Source of the DNA: an uncultured delta proteobacterium
GTDB taxonomy: Bacteria > Desulfobacterota > Desulfomonilia > UBA1062
Direction of reading: 5' to 3'
DNA: 64,000 nt
Assembly: GCA_963798485.1 (NCBI GenBank)
Contig: CAWCTR010000030.1
Location: 128,001-192,000 of the forward strand
Position 1 is the first letter of the stretch, and each line of letters starts with the position of its first letter. Below are positions 62,149 to 64,000 of this stretch, piece by piece. The translations under genes and the position numbers were made by a program. The notes beneath the pieces were generated by a model. It did not search any database and was not told the DNA's origin. It was given only the letters and a program-made list of their open reading frames with translations.

Positions 62149-63112
62149 AAGGCATCACCCCACGCAGGCCATCGGTTTGTTTCTTGTGGGTGTTCTCGTA
62201 CTGGAGCTGATTTGCCATACGTATTTGCCACGGAGCTACATGGAGCTCCAATTCAATAAGATCCGCCAGTGTGTTGTGGGTGGCTCTGCTCCTGCAATCC
62301 AGATCATGGGAGATTCTGTCGCTGCAGGTGGCATACTGACGACTTTTCTGGGTTGCGATGGTAAAACAATACGGAATGATGCCCTTGTCGGAAGCGGTCC
62401 AGCCTTCAGCTATTTTCTCTTGAAAGATGAGATTGCTGCTCATCGTAATCCAGCATATCTGATTCTGGCTTATTCACCTCATACATTCAGCGGTATTCGT
62501 ACCCCTGTCTTTATAGGTAGTTTCGCTTATTGGTCTGAGCTTCCGGAGCTTTTCTGGAATAGTGACGACCGCTTTTCTTTTCTCTATGGCATACTGACAA
62601 GGTTATCCTACATCCTTGCATATCGCGATCAGTTCAAAGCCCTCCTTACTAATGGAGACTATCATTTTTTCATCAGCAAACCTGATACGGACAAGTCTGA
62701 AAAAAATCGGTTGAACGAATACAAGGCACTGCTTGATAAGAACAAATTTAAACCAAAATCATTGGGGGATGGGCTCTGGGACATGTACAAGGAGCCATTT
62801 CGGGTGTCTCCGCTCAATGATCTTTACTTCTGCCGGTTGCTGCAACTGACTAAATCACACGGTATCAAGGTGTACTGGATTACGATGCCAGTAACTCAGC
62901 GTGTACATAACTATCGACAAGGGATCAGTTATGAAAGCAACTTTATTAATTATTTGGATCGGTTCGTAAAACGGGGTGAACTGAAGTATATACAGCGAGA
63001 TTTTTTGGTTTACGAAGACAAATATTTTGACGATCTTTCCCACATAAACATGAACGGTGCTATCAAATTCAGTTCACGACTGTCTGAGATCCTGCCGGCG
63101 GAGGTTCAATAA
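62117..63112 (+). CDS. Putative SGNH-like partner of the MBOAT (DltD/AlgJ-like)
   Basis: N-terminal TM, GDS motif (MGDSV), C-terminal DxxH (FDDLSHIN..GA). Confidence 0.65.
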   Translation: MERHLSIPSFRRHHPTQAIGLFLVGVLVLELICHTYLPRSYMELQFNKIRQCVVGGSAPAIQIMGDSVAAGGILTTFLGCDGKTIRNDALVGSGPAFSYFLLKDEIAAHRNPAYLILAYSPHTFSGIRTPVFIGSFAYWSELPELFWNSDDRFSFLYGILTRLSYILAYRDQFKALLTNGDYHFFISKPDTDKSEKNRLNEYKALLDKNKFKPKSLGDGLWDMYKEPFRVSPLNDLYFCRLLQLTKSHGIKVYWITMPVTQRVHNYRQGISYESNFINYLDRFVKRGELKYIQRDFLVYEDKYFDDLSHINMNGAIKFSSRLSEILPAEVQ

Positions 63113-63126
63113 CTAACATTATTTAT

Positions 63127-63202
63127 TGGTGCCGAGGGACTGAGTTGAACCGCCGACAGGAGGATTTTCAGTACGCTGCTCTACCTGCTGAGCTACTTCG
63201 GC
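63127..63202 (-). tRNA. tRNA-Phe(GAA), degenerate; probable pseudogene
   Basis: GCCGAAGTAGCTCAGCAGGTAGAGCAGCGTACTGAAAATCCTCCTGTCGGCGGTTCAACTCAGTCCCTCGGCACCA; 76 nt with CCA, but mismatches in the acceptor (1), anticodon (2) and T (1) stems. Confidence 0.85.
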
Positions 63203-63218
63203 ACCGTTTGGATGTGTA

Positions 63219-63432
63219 GAGACCTTTGCACAACCGCTGACCTTTGAGGGTACGAAGAATCCCATGAAATTTGGTCGGGATCTGGAGTCTGAGTGGATGA
63301 AAAGGAAAGAGGTTCCGTTCTATGGGATGAAAGAGTACGCATCAATAGATGTGAACAGTGGGCTTGTGATGTCACGCTGCTATTGAAGGCATCCGAGAAT
63401 GATACGAACTACTTTCAGTATACGGTGAGCAT
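63219..63432 (+). mobile_element. IS5-family relic (one IR plus internal transposase fragment)
   Basis: GAGACCTTTGCACAACC end followed by KFGRDLESEW....FYGMKEYASIDVNSGLV / ASENDTNY. Confidence 0.65.
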
Positions 63433-63455
63433 GAGACAGTAATGGAGGGGAAAAT

Positions 63456-64000
63456 ATGAATATCTTTGATTTTCAAATAATGACATTTTTTAATCAGTTT
63501 TCTCAGCATTCATTGATATTTGACAATGCCATTAATATATTACAAAGCAATAAATTATTAAAGGGGGGCGTCCTATTAACTATTTATTGGTATGCATGGT
63601 TTAAAAGAGAAGAACGTCATTCACAAAATCGTGAACATATAATTTCAACTCTATCTAGTTCCGTTATCGCCCTAGCCTTGGCAAGAACTTTGGCAGTGAC
63701 ATTGCCATTTCGTATCAGGCCGCTACACGAAGCGGGTTTACATTTCTTGCTTCCATTTGGTACTGAACCAGGTGCGTTAATGGGATGGAGTTCATTTCCG
63801 AGTGACCATGCTGTATTATTTATTACTCTCTCTACGGGACTTTTATATATATCGAGACGGATAGGTGCATTTTCACTTTGTTATACTTTATTATTTATTG
63901 AATTTCCACGATTATATTTAGGATTTCATTACCCAACTGACATTATCGCAGGTTCAATTATCGGAATGGTGGTTGCATTATTGGGAAATATCTACCTTGT
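63456..64000 (+). CDS. PAP2-family phosphatase (undecaprenyl pyrophosphate phosphatase-like), truncated by the window end
   Basis: Manual translation MNIFDFQI...FRIRP, SFPSDH, PRLYLGFHYPTD. Confidence 0.88.
   Translation, partial: MNIFDFQIMTFFNQFSQHSLIFDNAINILQSNKLLKGGVLLTIYWYAWFKREERHSQNREHIISTLSSSVIALALARTLAVTLPFRIRPLHEAGLHFLLPFGTEPGALMGWSSFPSDHAVLFITLSTGLLYISRRIGAFSLCYTLLFIEFPRLYLGFHYPTDIIAGSIIGMVVALLGNIYL

Overview
Bacterial chromosomal window; gene content suggests an anaerobic deltaproteobacterium-like organism (inference only). It has two parts. (1) 1-22 kb, GC-richer by eye: hypBA, an HD protein, a Cys/Met PLP enzyme, purine nucleoside phosphorylase, Trm112, a lipoprotein, a polyamine cluster (XRE-cupin regulator, speB, carboxyspermidine dehydrogenase, nspC, speA), an MBL hydrolase, an HtpX-like protease, a livKHMGF-type transporter, a DUF4258/DUF2283 pair and a SWIM-SNF2 helicase, with four GTAG-type REP doublets interspersed. 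(2) 22.5-64 kb, AT-richer by eye: a roughly 41-kb + strand exosortase/PEP-CTERM-linked polysaccharide locus. It holds many glycosyl- and acyltransferases, a sigma54-preceded PEP-CTERM protein, a sigma54-preceded secreted double jelly-roll/3xPKD protein, and an uncharacterised sugar-modification cassette (SDR, C-methyltransferase, 3,5-epimerase, DUF4910, RfbF-like, PIG-L, Wzx, GT2, DUF4038, a Cys-rich internally duplicated protein, MBOAT plus partner). Mobile DNA includes an intact-looking IS200-type element, a solo single-hairpin derivative of it, a 121-bp MITE carrying a REP doublet, and two IS5-family relics, one abutting a degenerate tRNA-Phe. No CRISPR array or rRNA was seen. At least nine genes carry small indels, which may be assembly errors rather than true pseudogenes.
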